A stretch of DNA of 64,000 nucleotides, taken from NCBI RefSeq assembly GCF_006345805.1, contig NC_043011.1, positions 55,688,464 to 55,752,463 of the forward strand, in the 5' to 3' direction. Both the position numbers and the translations under genes were made by a program. Numbering within the stretch: position 1 is the first letter of the stretch; each line of letters starts with the position of its first letter. Source of the stretch: Octopus sinensis (Eukaryota). Below, piece by piece: positions 47,201 to 56,885 of this stretch. The notes under the pieces are model-generated. The model worked only from the letters and a program-made list of their open reading frames with translations. It had not been told where the DNA came from and did not search any database.

Positions 47201-50169
47201 TGAAGCCATTGGTGATTTGCAGTATGGTTGGCCTGTGTAATGTAATCTGTGTCAGGATGGAGAAGAGAGGTTCAAACCAAGGATGAAGACGATGAATGTG
47301 AACCTTGTTATTTGTCTAACGTTATTCTCATTTACTCTTTTACTTATTTCAGTCATTTGACTGTGGCCATGCTGGAGCATTGCCTTCAGTCGAGCAATTC
47401 GACCCCAGGACTTATTCTTTGTAAGCCTAGTACTTATTCTATCGGTCTCTTTTGCTGAACCACTAAGATACGGGGACATAAACACACTAGCATCGGTTGT
47501 CAAACGATGTTGGGGGAGGGGCAAACACAGACACATACATACACATATATATATACATATATACGACAGGCTTCTTTCAGTTTCCGTCTACCAAATCCAC
47601 TCACAAGGCTTTGGTCGGCCCGAGGCTATAGTAGAAGACACTTGCTCAAGGTGCCATGTAGTGGGACTGAACCCAGAACCATGTGGTTGGTAAGCAAGCT
47701 ACTTACCACACAGCCACCCCTACGCCTATATTATAAGAGAAAGTTATCAGAGCTAGAGGAGGAATATACGGTAGATATTCGCGACACAAAGATTTTCAAT
47801 TATTTTCACAGAAGGAAAAATGTCCAGACAAGACGTTTCCAAAGTTACAGAACAAGAACATCTTTGAATTTACAAGAAGTCATAAAAGATCAGGTAATTT
47901 CATTAAATTCTTAAAAACATTAAAAAACACAAAGGTTATTTATTTACACCTGAAGCAGCTGGTATTAAACTAATAAAATCTTTAACCAGGTTCCTTGTAT
48001 TTTAACTTGTCAGATTTTCAGTAAATTAGTATCATCTTGTTAAAGATAGTGTTAATGTATTTAATGCATGAAGCATTAAAAAAATAATTAGAAATACTTA
48101 TATGGTAAAAATATTTCAATTATTTTGGCAAACATGGGAGACTACTCTGGGAATGTCTTGGTCTTATTATGACCTCATCAGTGAAATATAAACTTCACTA
48201 TGCTTGCTGAGGTAGTGATGAGGGCATCTTTGATTGCTGGCACATCAAGTGGGGTTCCAAGTTGTAATTCTTGTAGGGTAAACTTAAACTCTTGGAGAAT
48301 TAAAAGTGAGAAACTAGGAATACAATGTGGTTTAAAATTTGTGGTCAGTTTAACACCACCACCACCTTCCGACCCATAAATGTTTTTAACAGAGTCCACG
48401 GATCTTTTCGGTTTGAACGGCAGTTTTTTAAAATAATTTCTACATAACTAAACACTTTTAGACTTCGTATACTGGTAGAATGTATTTATAAAACATCTTT
48501 TTCTCTTGGCTTTATTGAGAAAATTCTATGGTTTGTAAGATATTTGTTGTTTTTTTTCTTCAATTTTTGCAATTTCAACCAATTAATGACATCTATTGAG
48601 GTGAAAACATTCTGTGCTGTATGAATATGTCCCTCGTTTAAGAAACAGATTGAGTTTATTTACATTTCTGAAGAAAAAAAGATACCCTTCCCCCACCCCT
48701 AACTCTAACCCTAAAACAGATTGAAATGCAATAGATCGATACTAGGGTCATAATTATGGGTGACAATTTCATATGACACCGCTAGAAAAAACTGCCGTTC
48801 AAACTGAAAAGATCTGAGTCCACTCTATTGAAGCAAGCATTCAGCCAAGGCTCCTGAAGAAAACTTCCTCTGAAAAATGTCATAGGCACTGCATTTCCTT
48901 CTGTAATTAGCCATAAACATTAAAAAAAAGGAAAGAAAAGAAATTGTCAACCACGTATTTTGTCTTCTGTTTTCATCTGTAAAAACAAAATATTGTTTGC
49001 TAAGCTTTGAGTCGTGATGGACATCCCTCTTGCCAACAGTAATTTAACCAAAGTAAAATACGGTATTTTGTGTAAATCATTATTTTAACATCCTCTTTTC
49101 CATGTTTGTCTGGGTCAAAGTTTATTTGTGGCAGATTTCCTGCAGTTGGATGTACTTACTTGTACTTGTGGTGACATTCACCCTGGGCGGGTGGAGTCGG
49201 CTTCTTCTACCTCCCTCGAGGAGATCTCGAACCATGGCAGCCCACGCACGACGGTCCTGCGCCAGTTCACTGAAGGTAGCGAGCCAGTCACGGTTCCATC
49301 GGCGCAGGCCGACCACCTGCGGTCCCGTGAGCACGGAGAGGTCCTCCTTGATCATCGTAACCCAGGTCTTCAGCTGCCTGCCCATGCGTTTCCACCAGTT
49401 GGGAGAAGGACATTCACGGCTCAGTTCACCCACCGGACGCCTACATGCATGGCCAAACCACTGCAAGCACCGTTGCAGAAGGACAAATGGAAGGGGCCGC
49501 AGAGACAGGTGAAGTCGGAGTTGGATGCCTTTCAAGTCATCAATCTTCACCCATTTCCAAGATCCATTGCCAGAGATTCTTTGCTTGCAATATTGGAAAT
49601 GAACAACACTGCTTAGATGACAGTGAGATTCATTTACACAATATCAAAACAAGAACACACACACACACACACACATTGGGCTTTTTTCTACTTGCCATTG
49701 CACAAATCCACTCTCAGGACCAGATGAAAATATATTTGATTGACATAAATATTGTTCATCAAGTGGGTACAAAATGCTCCTCGTCCACTCTGTAGTGCCT
49801 GGTGTTAGGAAGGGAATTCTGCCATAGAAACCCTATTAAAAGGAACATGTGGATCTACAACCCATGTAGGAGGACAGTAACTCCAAATAAGAGCTGAATA
49901 GGGTCATAATGACCAGTCCAACTCCTGACAGTATGGAAAACAGAATGGAAGATGATGACAATGCTGGTCATTTAATCCTTAATCCTTAAGGAAGATAGAG
50001 GGGGAGGGAATGACATAAATGGTAGGAGCTGGAAATAAATTGGAACTGGTTTTCTGGTAATCTAAGAAACCAAGATTCTTTACTTTTTAAAAATGAATTC
50101 AATTTTTTTTTTGTTTAGTGGAACAATGAAAACCCAGGTGACCTTTGGGAAGATCTACAGGATGTTTAG
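19970..50169 (+). CDS. TMEM232: Transmembrane protein 232 homologue, ~732 aa; join(19970-20106,20740-20851,23300-23405,26055-26212,27213-27312,29903-30072,31843-32090,33837-33991,34944-35034,37054-37105,41336-41630,42750-42931,44930-45189,47812-47893,50119-50169)
   Basis: 15 exons total 2199 nt with consistent phases and no internal stop. Blocks match human TMEM232 as recalled and in the same order: SSAWSELILLLKCKGDIQQECL ~ [39 protein letters not shown] ~ CWLDSVLALLVLGEAAK; FWPWDIIFIYTELL ~ SWAWNVVYIYTVIL. Confidence 0.9.
20740..20851 (+). CDS. TMEM232: TMEM232 coding exon 2 (SPLQVTEEFVENYNKVKNLEEQKKYHARAVQMLLRIK)
   Basis: ttgttacag|A...AAA|gtaaga; phase 2->0. Confidence 0.9.
21447..21568 (+). 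ncRNA. Minimal hammerhead ribozyme motif with long stem II (TMEM232 intron 2)
   Basis: TCT-CTGACGA-AGCCCAGAG...CTCTTGGCT-GAAA-C-AGCT-GTA^-AGA; stem I only 3 bp. Confidence 0.6.
22339..23167 (-). mobile_element. SINE family A, long copy with ~8 tandem 62-bp units and an extra 5' head
   Basis: Unit starts at 22521, 22583, 22645, 22710, 22772, 22835, 22898, 22964. Confidence 0.85.
23300..23405 (+). CDS. TMEM232: TMEM232 coding exon 3 (WNVGLSNSGFRKDANVSSAWSELILLLKCKGDIQQ)
   Basis: atttcag|TGG...CAAG|gtcagt; phase 0->1. Confidence 0.92.
23514..23643 (+). mobile_element. SINE family A, 3' fragment
   Basis: Core plus tail. Confidence 0.85.
24540..25556 (-). mobile_element. SINE family B split by a ~580-bp insertion in its microsatellite
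   Basis: 3' half 24540-24790, 5' half 25366-25556. Confidence 0.82.
25560..25860 (-). mobile_element. RTE fragment
   Basis: VIMPNVLFGAETWTM...DVFEMWIFHK. Confidence 0.7.
26055..26212 (+). CDS. TMEM232: TMEM232 coding exon 4 (ECLGLLLMSL...ETHMKQLK), GC donor
   Basis: ggttttcag|AG...AAG|gcaagt; phase 1->0; lies inside track ORF 26030..26272. Confidence 0.88.
27213..27312 (+). CDS. TMEM232: TMEM232 coding exon 5 (VCQLVFMRLYYHKMANHLDGWQEVKKRLHSYFA)
   Basis: ttctttctag|GTT...GCCA|gtgagt; phase 0->1. Confidence 0.92.
27349..27783 (+). mobile_element. CR1-group LINE 3' fragment
   Basis: Track ORF 27338..27643; ATTTCATTATTAT tail. Confidence 0.9.
28077..28483 (-). mobile_element. SINE family A
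   Basis: Core plus tail. Confidence 0.85.
28700..28990 (+). mobile_element. SINE family A
   Basis: Core plus tail. Confidence 0.85.
29531..29817 (-). mobile_element. SINE, family E-related
   Basis: tRNA-like head GGAGGCAAATGGCCTAGTGGTTAGAGC; tail shared with family E. Confidence 0.78.
29903..30072 (+). CDS. TMEM232: TMEM232 coding exon 6 (SFSDFASFYTKHPDAHLLFRFIIQVADII...LLPPAL)
   Basis: ccttttcag|GC...CTG|gtaaat; phase 1->0. Confidence 0.88.
30290..30700 (-). mobile_element. RTE 3' fragment
   Basis: FHRHCLRNIL..*NDHI..GEV...KARGGQ. Confidence 0.6.
30750..30946 (+). mobile_element. SINE family C, diverged
   Basis: Core motif present. Confidence 0.75.
31246..31470. repeat. ~97-bp inverted repeat with a 30-nt loop holding a hammerhead-core remnant
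   Basis: Arms 31246-31344 and 31375-31470; loop CTA-TTGAAGA-G-GTTG-CAGTACA-TAAC-GAAA. Confidence 0.85.
31843..32090 (+). CDS. TMEM232: TMEM232 coding exon 7 (LSKVESD...HELSAPLWHALNVWKYQ...DTASC)
   Basis: ctatttcag|CTG...TG|gtaagt; phase 0->2. Confidence 0.87.
32182..32574 (+). mobile_element. Non-autonomous Helitron
   Basis: A|TC 5' end, subterminal hairpin CTATGACCTGGC-AAC-GCTGGGTCATAG, CTAG|T 3' end, no TSD. Confidence 0.82.
32928..32986 (+). ncRNA. Minimal hammerhead motif with non-cleavable GUG triplet (TMEM232 intron 7)
   Basis: TGGCT-CTGAGGA-AGCT...AGCT-GAAA-C-AGCT-GTG-AGCCA; 5-bp stem I, 4-bp stem II. Confidence 0.6.
33391..33789 (-). mobile_element. CR1-group LINE 3' fragment
   Basis: Same family; ends ~47 bp before TMEM232 exon 8. 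Confidence 0.88.
33837..33991 (+). CDS. TMEM232: TMEM232 coding exon 8 ([18 protein letters not shown]...QRHSA)
   Basis: tttctacag|C TGG...; the donor CAG|gttgtt is weak, so the 3' boundary is less certain; phase 2->1. Confidence 0.82.
34203..34519 (+). mobile_element. tRNA(Arg)-like-headed SINE, family E-related
   Basis: GGAGGCGCAATGGCCCAGTGGTTAGGGCAGCGGACTCG...GGTTTCGATTCCCAG followed by a non-tRNA body. Confidence 0.78.
34944..35034 (+). CDS. TMEM232: TMEM232 coding exon 9 (GFEDRNQVKTKEPKETENDFKRISHGTSQSC)
   Basis: ttcattcttag|GA...TG|gtaagc; phase 1->2; supported by splice sites and phase, not by homology. Confidence 0.72.
35123..35617 (-). mobile_element. SINE family A
   Basis: Core plus tail, several internal units. 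Confidence 0.85.
36468..36870 (+). mobile_element. SINE family B
   Basis: Full-length copy. Confidence 0.88.
37054..37105 (+). CDS. TMEM232: TMEM232 coding exon 10 (FYKRNEIFGDSKESDNK)
   Basis: ttttattag|C...AAG|gtaagt; phase 2->0; supported by splice sites and phase. Confidence 0.72.
37521..37688 (+). mobile_element. SINE family A, 3' fragment
   Basis: Core plus tail. Confidence 0.8.
39132..40760 (-). pseudogene. Frameshifted transposase of the Chapaev3-type element
   Basis: Track ORFs 39767-40588, 39199-39501 and 39132-39383 are in different frames. Confidence 0.85.
40853..41030 (+). mobile_element. SINE family A nested in the Chapaev3-type transposon
   Basis: Core plus tail. Confidence 0.8.
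41336..41630 (+). CDS. TMEM232: TMEM232 coding exon 11 (VSAETEEYGFGFWPWDIIFIYTELLGDVLLNG...SMES)
   Basis: ctgttgcag|GTG...TCCG|gtaaac; phase 0->1; within track ORF 41321..41656. Confidence 0.9.
41983..42212 (-). mobile_element. SINE family C
   Basis: Full-length copy. Confidence 0.85.
42333..42696 (+). mobile_element. Non-autonomous Helitron, same family
   Basis: A|TC start, hairpin TGACCCGGC-ATT-GCCGGGTCA, CTAG|T end. Confidence 0.85.
42750..42931 (+). CDS. TMEM232: TMEM232 coding exon 12 (DEDNWNWRIRLGAIQALMRVY...LEALHSNF)
   Basis: ctcttagcag|AT...TTT|gtacgt; phase 1->0. Confidence 0.9.
44395..44632 (+). mobile_element. SINE family A
   Basis: Core plus tail. Confidence 0.85.
44930..45189 (+). 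CDS. TMEM232: TMEM232 coding exon 13 (FYSTRK...NFMSHMADNLVEIYL...polyQ...IFPPR)
   Basis: gtgttgcag|TTT...AG|gtgaaa; phase 0->2. Confidence 0.85.
45300..45313. promoter_or_regulatory. Intronic near-perfect palindromic X-box GTTGCCATGGCAAT
   Basis: 13/14 match to GTTGCCATGGCAAC, 110 bp downstream of TMEM232 exon 13. Confidence 0.45.
46838..47055 (+). mobile_element. SINE family A
   Basis: Core plus tail. Confidence 0.85.
47331..47726 (-). mobile_element. SINE family B
   Basis: Full-length copy, 85 bp upstream of TMEM232 exon 14. Confidence 0.88.
47812..47893 (+). CDS. TMEM232: TMEM232 coding exon 14 (RKNVQTRRFQSYRTRTSLNLQEVIKDQ)
   Basis: ttttcacag|A...CAG|gtaatt; phase 2->0; resembles PDFFTKADKELAKIIDHH|W. 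Confidence 0.85.
48400..48815. mobile_element. MITE, same family as 3202-3623
   Basis: Perfect 8-bp TSD GAGTCCAC at 48392-48399 and 48816-48823. Confidence 0.88.
49150..49575 (-). mobile_element. RTE LINE 3' end
   Basis: LQWFGHACRRP...KTWVTMIKEDL...LAQDRRAWAAMVRD; CAAGTA-repeat tail. Confidence 0.85.
50119..50169 (+). CDS. TMEM232: TMEM232 putative last coding exon (WNNENPGDLWEDLQDV*)
   Basis: Poly-T tract and ttgtttag|TGG supply the conserved Trp; TAG at 50167-50169. Confidence 0.6.
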   Translation, partial: WNNENPGDLWEDLQDV

Positions 50170-50723
50170 TCCTGCAACTCTGATAAAAATGTAAAATAGA
50201 CACACTGGATGTACACTAAGGAGAAGAACATTCCACAAGAAAACGGTAGGTAAACATTTGGTTAATATTCTAACCATTGTCTCAAATAATGTTGATGTTC
50301 TCGTAATGTTATAACACCTATTAATAATATTCTAAACTTATGAGTAAAAAAACCGTCGATGAAGTCTAAGGATTCATCGAATTTGAATAACATTGCATAC
50401 AAGCAATAAGAATGTCTGGCAATTATTAACATTTGAAAATTGTATTATGTATATCATCATCATCGTTTAATGTCTGTCTTGCATTCATGCATGGGTAGGA
50501 CGGTTGACAGGAGCCGGCCAGGTAGAAGACTACCCCAGGCTACTGTGTCTGTTTTGGCAGGGTTTTTATGGCTGGTTGCCCTTCCTAACACACATGCTTC
50601 TTGTGCTTAAATAACTGCAAAGCCAACTGATAATATTTTCTGCTGTCTGATAACTTAGTCTTTAAGGGGTCAGCATATCACCTTGGTGTCACTGGAACTC
50701 ATGATGGCAAGCTTTGTCTCGAA

Positions 50724-50982
50724 TCATCATCATCAGTATTGTTTAACATCCGCTTTCCATGCTAGCATGGGTTGGACGATTTTCTGAGGTCTGGCGAACC
50801 AGACTCCAATCTGATCTGGCAGAGTTGCTACAGCTGGATGCCCTTCCTAATGCCAACCACTCCAAGAGTGAAGCGGGTGCTTTTATGTGCCACCGGCACA
50901 AGGACCAGCTTGGTGGTACTGGTAACGGCCACGTCCAAATGGTGCTTTTTACGTGCCACCTGCACAGGAGCCAGTCCAGCGA
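50724..50982 (-). mobile_element. SINE family A
   Basis: Core plus tail. Confidence 0.85.
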
Positions 50983-51003
50983 AGTTATAAGAAGTCACAG
51001 CAT

Positions 51004-51201
51004 CAGTGTTTCCCAACCATTTTGGCTGAACACCCCACTAAAAACACTTGAATATTTAATGCACCCAAAATTTTTACTTTTATATGATAAATGTAAAGGC
51101 TACGATTAAACTTAATAAAAGAAATCTATTGTTCACAACTCATTTCATGGCTCTTAATGGCCTTTTTAGGGGACAGTATGGACCCCTCTTTAGAACCACT
51201 G
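51004..51201. mobile_element. hAT-like MITE, diverged
   Basis: CAGTGTTTCCCAA ... TTTAGAACCACTG; degenerate 8-bp TSD (6/8). Confidence 0.55.
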
Positions 51202-51535
51202 CTCAGGATGTGAAAGTAGAATGTTGCTGAAATTCAACTTGCACATAAGTAGGGTCAGTGACATGATGGGAAACAATGGCACCTTGGGTGAGGGTCAGGC
51301 CTGGGCTGAGCCAAATCTTCTGAGTAGATCTGGTGGACAGAAACTGAAAGAAGCCTGTTGTGTTTCTTCTTGTCTTGACAACACCGGATAATTATAAGCA
51401 ACTGCCCCTGTCATACAAGTGGTGTTGCCAGTTTCCAATCTTCTGTGGAAATTGGAAACAATTGAGGGTTGGTAACAGGAAAGGCATCCAGCCGTAGAGA
51501 ATCTACTTCAACAGATTCCATCCATTTATGCAAAC

Positions 51536-51864
51536 ATGGCTTCCATGCCGGTGGCACGTAAAAGAGCACCATTCAAGCGTGATCGTTACCAATGTTGCCT
51601 TACTGGCACCTGTGCCGGTGGCATGTGGAAAAAGATTCGAGCGAGGTCATTGCCAGTACTGCCTGACTGGCTCCCATGCAGGTGGCATGTAAAAAGCACC
51701 CACTACACTCTCAGAGTGGTTGGCGTTAGGAAGGGCATCCAGCTGTAGAAACTCTGCCAAATCAAGATTGGAGCCTGGTGCAGCCATCTGGTTCGCCAGC
51801 CCTCAGTCAAAATCGTCCAACCCATGCTAGCATGGAAAGCGGACGTTAAACGATGATGATGATG
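51536..51864 (+). mobile_element. SINE family A
   Basis: Core plus tail. Confidence 0.85.
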
Positions 51865-52345
51865 GAAAAGTAGATGTTTGAAACAACCACGATGTAATTG
51901 GTTATGTTCCCATTGGATGCTTTCTGAGGTGAAATGGAAACTAATGTTTGGCATTCCCAGAGGTAATTAAATAAAGTGAGCTTAAATGATTGCACCCAGA
52001 AATTGAAAAGAGGCCAATATTTTGGTTTGGTGAGAGACCAACCATCACTTTATGGCACTCACCTGAACCTAACAACACCTTTATATCATCTAATAATCCA
52101 AAGACAGACTCAGTTGTATCCCAACTCCTCACAGCAATAAAAAGTAACTCCTTATGGAACCTATATCTGTTTAGAATAGTGAGCCAGTGAAAATGGTCTT
52201 TATCAAGAATGCAAGATATAAATGCTAACAGGAATCGGCTGTCTTGTGAAACATTAAGCTGGCAGCTTTCCATGCTTAATGTTTCACATCAGTTGAAAAG
52301 ATTTTGGTTTCATAAACGTTTTTTTTTTGTAGTTGTTACCATCTG

Positions 52346-52684
52346 AATGTGGCCGTTGCCAGCCTACCCTGGCACCTAAAAAGCACCATCTGTACGTGGC
52401 CGATGCCAGCGCCGCCTTGACTGGCTTCCGTGCCGGTGGCATGTAAAAAGCACCAACCAATCGTAGCCGTTGCCAGCCTCCCCTGGCACCTGTGCCGGTG
52501 GTACGTAAAAAGCATCCACTACACTCACGGAGTGGTTGGTGTTAGGAAGGGCATCCAGCTGTAGAAACACTGCCAGATCAGACTGAAGCCTGATGCAGCC
52601 TCCTGGCTTCCCAGATCCTGGTTGAACCGTCCAACCCATGCTAGCATGGAAAACGGATGTTAAATGATGATGATGATGATGATT
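52346..52684 (+). mobile_element. SINE family A
   Basis: Core plus tail. Confidence 0.85.
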
Positions 52685-55600
52685 GAGGTGTAGAGGGGTG
52701 GGGGTAATTCAGATTTTCTATCAAAACAGAATCGATGTAATTGAAATATATTTGTTCCCTTCTAAATTAGAAAAAAAAATAAAATAAAATAAATTTCTTA
52801 AATAAATAAAGAATAATGTTGAACTGAGTCGACATGTTGAAATTGTTTTTTTAAATATTTATTAACATTTCCAAAAACAGTCTCATAGACTGAAATTTCA
52901 TAGCCAACCATCTAGAGACAGAAATAACAATGTCGTTTTTACATGTGTTCCAGTCCTTCATTGAAAAATAATAATAAAAATAATAATAATAAAAGCTAAC
53001 AATAAGTCTCTAACATGCTTTACATAAGTATTTGTGGCATTTGCACTCAAGTTGTTGTGTGAAGAGAAAAACGGAGAGGTAAAAAGCATTGTTAAACAAT
53101 TTCACAAGACAAGGCAGCTTTTTTTTTTTTTTACAATTTGTGGTTTTTCACTAGCAACAGCAACATTTGTCTACTAATTATATGGAAAAAATTTATTTTC
53201 TTAATGAATTAAGCAGAGGGAGAATAATAGAACTTTGACTAGGTTTTCATTAGAAATTCATTATTTAATTCTCTTTTTTTTCTTTTAATCTGTTAAATTG
53301 TTATTCGGAACCAAGTTTAGATTGAATGCATCCTCAACTAAAACAGACACACTTGAGATGTGAGCCGTGAAAGTTCAGCAGCAAATCTTTACAGAATATA
53401 AGATTTCTAATCCTCAAGTGTTAGATCTATTAATATGTCTCTCTCTCTTTCTGTATGTACACATTCAACAGGCTATTTCTTTCAACAACTGCCAGTTGGA
53501 GATCATGTTCCTTTCTCTGTTGAGCATCTAAAATCTATTACATTTTATATTACCAGATCGACCTGAAAGCTTCATCTAATTTATCAAAAGCTTTTAATAT
53601 AAGGATTTCATTCTCTCCACCCAACAATAGATCAGTTGAAAGATTTTCTTTCACAACAGGACCTGTGTTTCAGTTTAATTTGAAGGCAAAATCTTCAATT
53701 TAGTCTAAAAATATTGGGCTATAAAACAGTGCAATGAAAGCTCAAATATACTCTCTAAAAAGAAATCCTCTTTTGGAAGAAATTCCTTAAATTTGATGTA
53801 TTTTTAATGCCTTATATGAAGAAGCTTTGTCGTTGGTAACATAGTTACAGAGCTCTAATCAAAGCTATCAACTTCTGACAAGTGTGTAGTCAAAAATTTT
53901 AAACTAAAATTCTAAGGAAAAGCTGATTATATAGTAACAACGTTGTTAAGATGAGCAATTTAAATTTTGTTTTCTGTTACACTGAGAACTTTAAAAAAAT
54001 TTATGAACCATTAATGTTTTGGTATTTTAAAATTTCTTTTTGATGTGCGTGCAGAAATGTGTTTGTATTGAAATTTAACAAACTTGGGTTATATCCGGGT
54101 AGCGACAGTCTCGTTTGAGGAATTAAGTGAAATACTTAAGAAATACATTCACTGGTATTGGAAAAGTTACCCCATAACTCAGTTACTGTAGGGACTCTAA
54201 ACTAGAATACATAGAAAATGAAACTTTTCAATTTGAAAGAAAACAAATTTTAACTTGAAAAAAATAATTAATATAATGTAAATATTTCACTTTCACTTTT
54301 AAACTGAAAATTACCAAACTAAATGTTGAGAAATGTTTCATAGAACTTTAAATGGTTTTCTTCTTGAAGTGGAATTTTTTTTTTTTTTTCTTTCAGTGTT
54401 CATGGGTCGGGGTAGTGGTATGCGTTATAATTATTCATGAAGCAAGGGAAATGGGGAAGGCTATTGTGCAGCAGCTGCAAAACCTGCTTTATATATATAT
54501 ATCGACACACAAAACATTTCTAACACGAGTATCACAGATTGTCTTGTTATTTGGTGAGCACTTGGACTAAATATTGCAATTGCACAAGATTTATCAATGA
54601 AATAGATTTATTCTTATTTATATATATATAAAAATTAGACAGTAATGTTGTTGAAAACAACCAACCAAAGTTCAAACTACAAATTAAACACTTTTTTTTG
54701 TTTATATTTAGCACAGACGGAGGGGTGGGGCGGATAGGTGAAACTGTCTTTTCTCAAACATTGAAGGGAATAAAAAAAATCTCAATTGTAATATTTCTAA
54801 AATACGAGGAAAAACAAAAGTTAAACAAAAGAAGATACTACTGAAATGTGTATTTCTCTTTTACTTGCTTCAGCCATAAGACTGGTCATGCTGGGGCAGC
54901 GCTTTGATGAATTTTAGTCAAAAGAATTGACCCCCAGGACTTTTTTTTCTTAAAGCAATTGAGAAATTATTTTAGCAAATGAATGCTGTGTAGGAATTTT
55001 GATTGCTGAACAGTGATGCATAATAATCCTTTGTTATAGGCACAAGGCCAGCAATTTTGACAAGGGGGTGGGTGTGATTAACTGTATATATTGGACCTTA
55101 GTACTTGAATCGGTTACATCCACAGTTTTTTCTATTCAGTATCTATAAAATTCTATATCAAATTTATAAATGAAAAAAAAAAAAAAAAAAAAGCATAATT
55201 AATCTAATTGCTTCAAGATGAGTGTCGTTAGTAATTCCATGATGAAGACAGAATAAATGAAATCGTAAATTGTGAGGGGAAAGCCACTAAGATTTAATCT
55301 ACACCTGTACAGAATGAAATGATGAGGGATCTGATAGCTTTTGCAGAACTTTCTCCAAGCTTTTGCTCATCACTTCCTTTGTGTGTGTAAATGTGAATAA
55401 AGCTAAAGATGTCTCAGCTATATTTTTCTCTGTCTCTAAGAGAAATATACCTAAAAGCTAAAAAGAACTTGTAATACTTCTTCCCAAATGAATTTGCATC
55501 TTATTTTTAATTCCTGATGTGAAGAAATCTTCACTTCATTGAGAAAAAATCTCATCTTTTCTGACTTTTATAAACCTAGAAAATACATGTCAATGAGAAG

Positions 55601-56704
55601 CTAGGGTTCGAGTGTGTCCCACTATTGAACACACTCCCTAATTAAAAACACCCCCTATATCTGCATGGCTGATTCATTCCAAACTGCATTCCTTTGTATC
55701 CCCCCCCCCATGTCTGTACACTGACCAATATGCAAATTCACAATAAATATACTCCTTGCTTACAAGTTATAACCGGGCAGATACCATCAAGGTAGAATCA
55801 ATAATTTTCCATTATAGATTGCTAATCAAATATAAAAGTGGAGCTAAGACAATTTCAAAGTGAAACATTGTTTTACTGATAAAAAAAAAAATTATCTTCC
55901 TCACACCCTTTTCAACACCTTTTTGTTTTTCTTTTCTAGAATATTCTATCTTCTTTGGGTTTGGATTTCAGATCTGAAATCACCAATGTGGAAGAAAAAG
56001 AAAATTGTATGTAAAAAAAACCCAACTTATATTTTAATGATAGAAATAAGAAAGTTGTCATATCATATATTGTATAAAAAAACCCAAAAATAACTAACGA
56101 ACTGACAGTCTTCAATGTTGTATAGGAGGGCTGATCAAAAGGAAGGCTGTAAAATTATGCATCAAAATATAAGTTCATGTCGGAACATAGCAAAGGTGAA
56201 TGCCCACAGAAGCGGGGGACATGCCTCCTCAAAAGTGAGGAAATAAAATATATTCGCTTTTTCTTTTGCATTCTTTCTCTCTCATACAGACAACCCACAT
56301 CCGTACAACTATATTTTCTCATTAGTTATAGAAGTCAGAAAAATAAATTTAACAAAACAAAACTAAAAGCAATTTTCAGTTTGGAAGGGAAAGCTCTGTC
56401 ATCTTTCTAACGTTTCAGTCTCTTAGGACCCAATAGCTATCAGCTCACCATTTCCCAAGAAATGCCAGTTTATATGGAAGATAATGATGGGTTATATATA
56501 CAGATCGATGGTTTGCTAAACTAAAAACACTCTTCTTGCTTTTCCTGCAAATATTAATGAGATGGAACAAGAAGCTGTAGAATTAAAATAGAATTTGATG
56601 TGTGGTGGTGAGTAAATCGTGTGGGTTGATTATGTTAAAGAGCATGGATAACATTGAACAATCTGTTAGCTGTGAAGTGGACAGTGTTAACTAAATAATA
56701 AGGG

Positions 56705-56885
56705 TTTCAAATTTTGGCACAAGGCCAGCAATTTTAGGGGAGGGTAAGTCAATTACATTGACCCCTGTACACAACTGGTACTTATTTTATTGACCTCAAA
56801 AGGTTGAAAGGAAAGTCAACCTTGGCAGCATTTGAACTCAGAATGTAAAACTGGAAGAAATACTGCTAAGTATTTTGTCCGGCAC
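56705..56885 (-). mobile_element. SINE family C, diverged
   Basis: Core motif present. Confidence 0.75.

Noticed and set aside
53655-53700. Minus-strand GAAAC-ACAG-GTC with upstream TTGAAGA
   Set aside because: Core mismatch and no convincing stem II or stem I.
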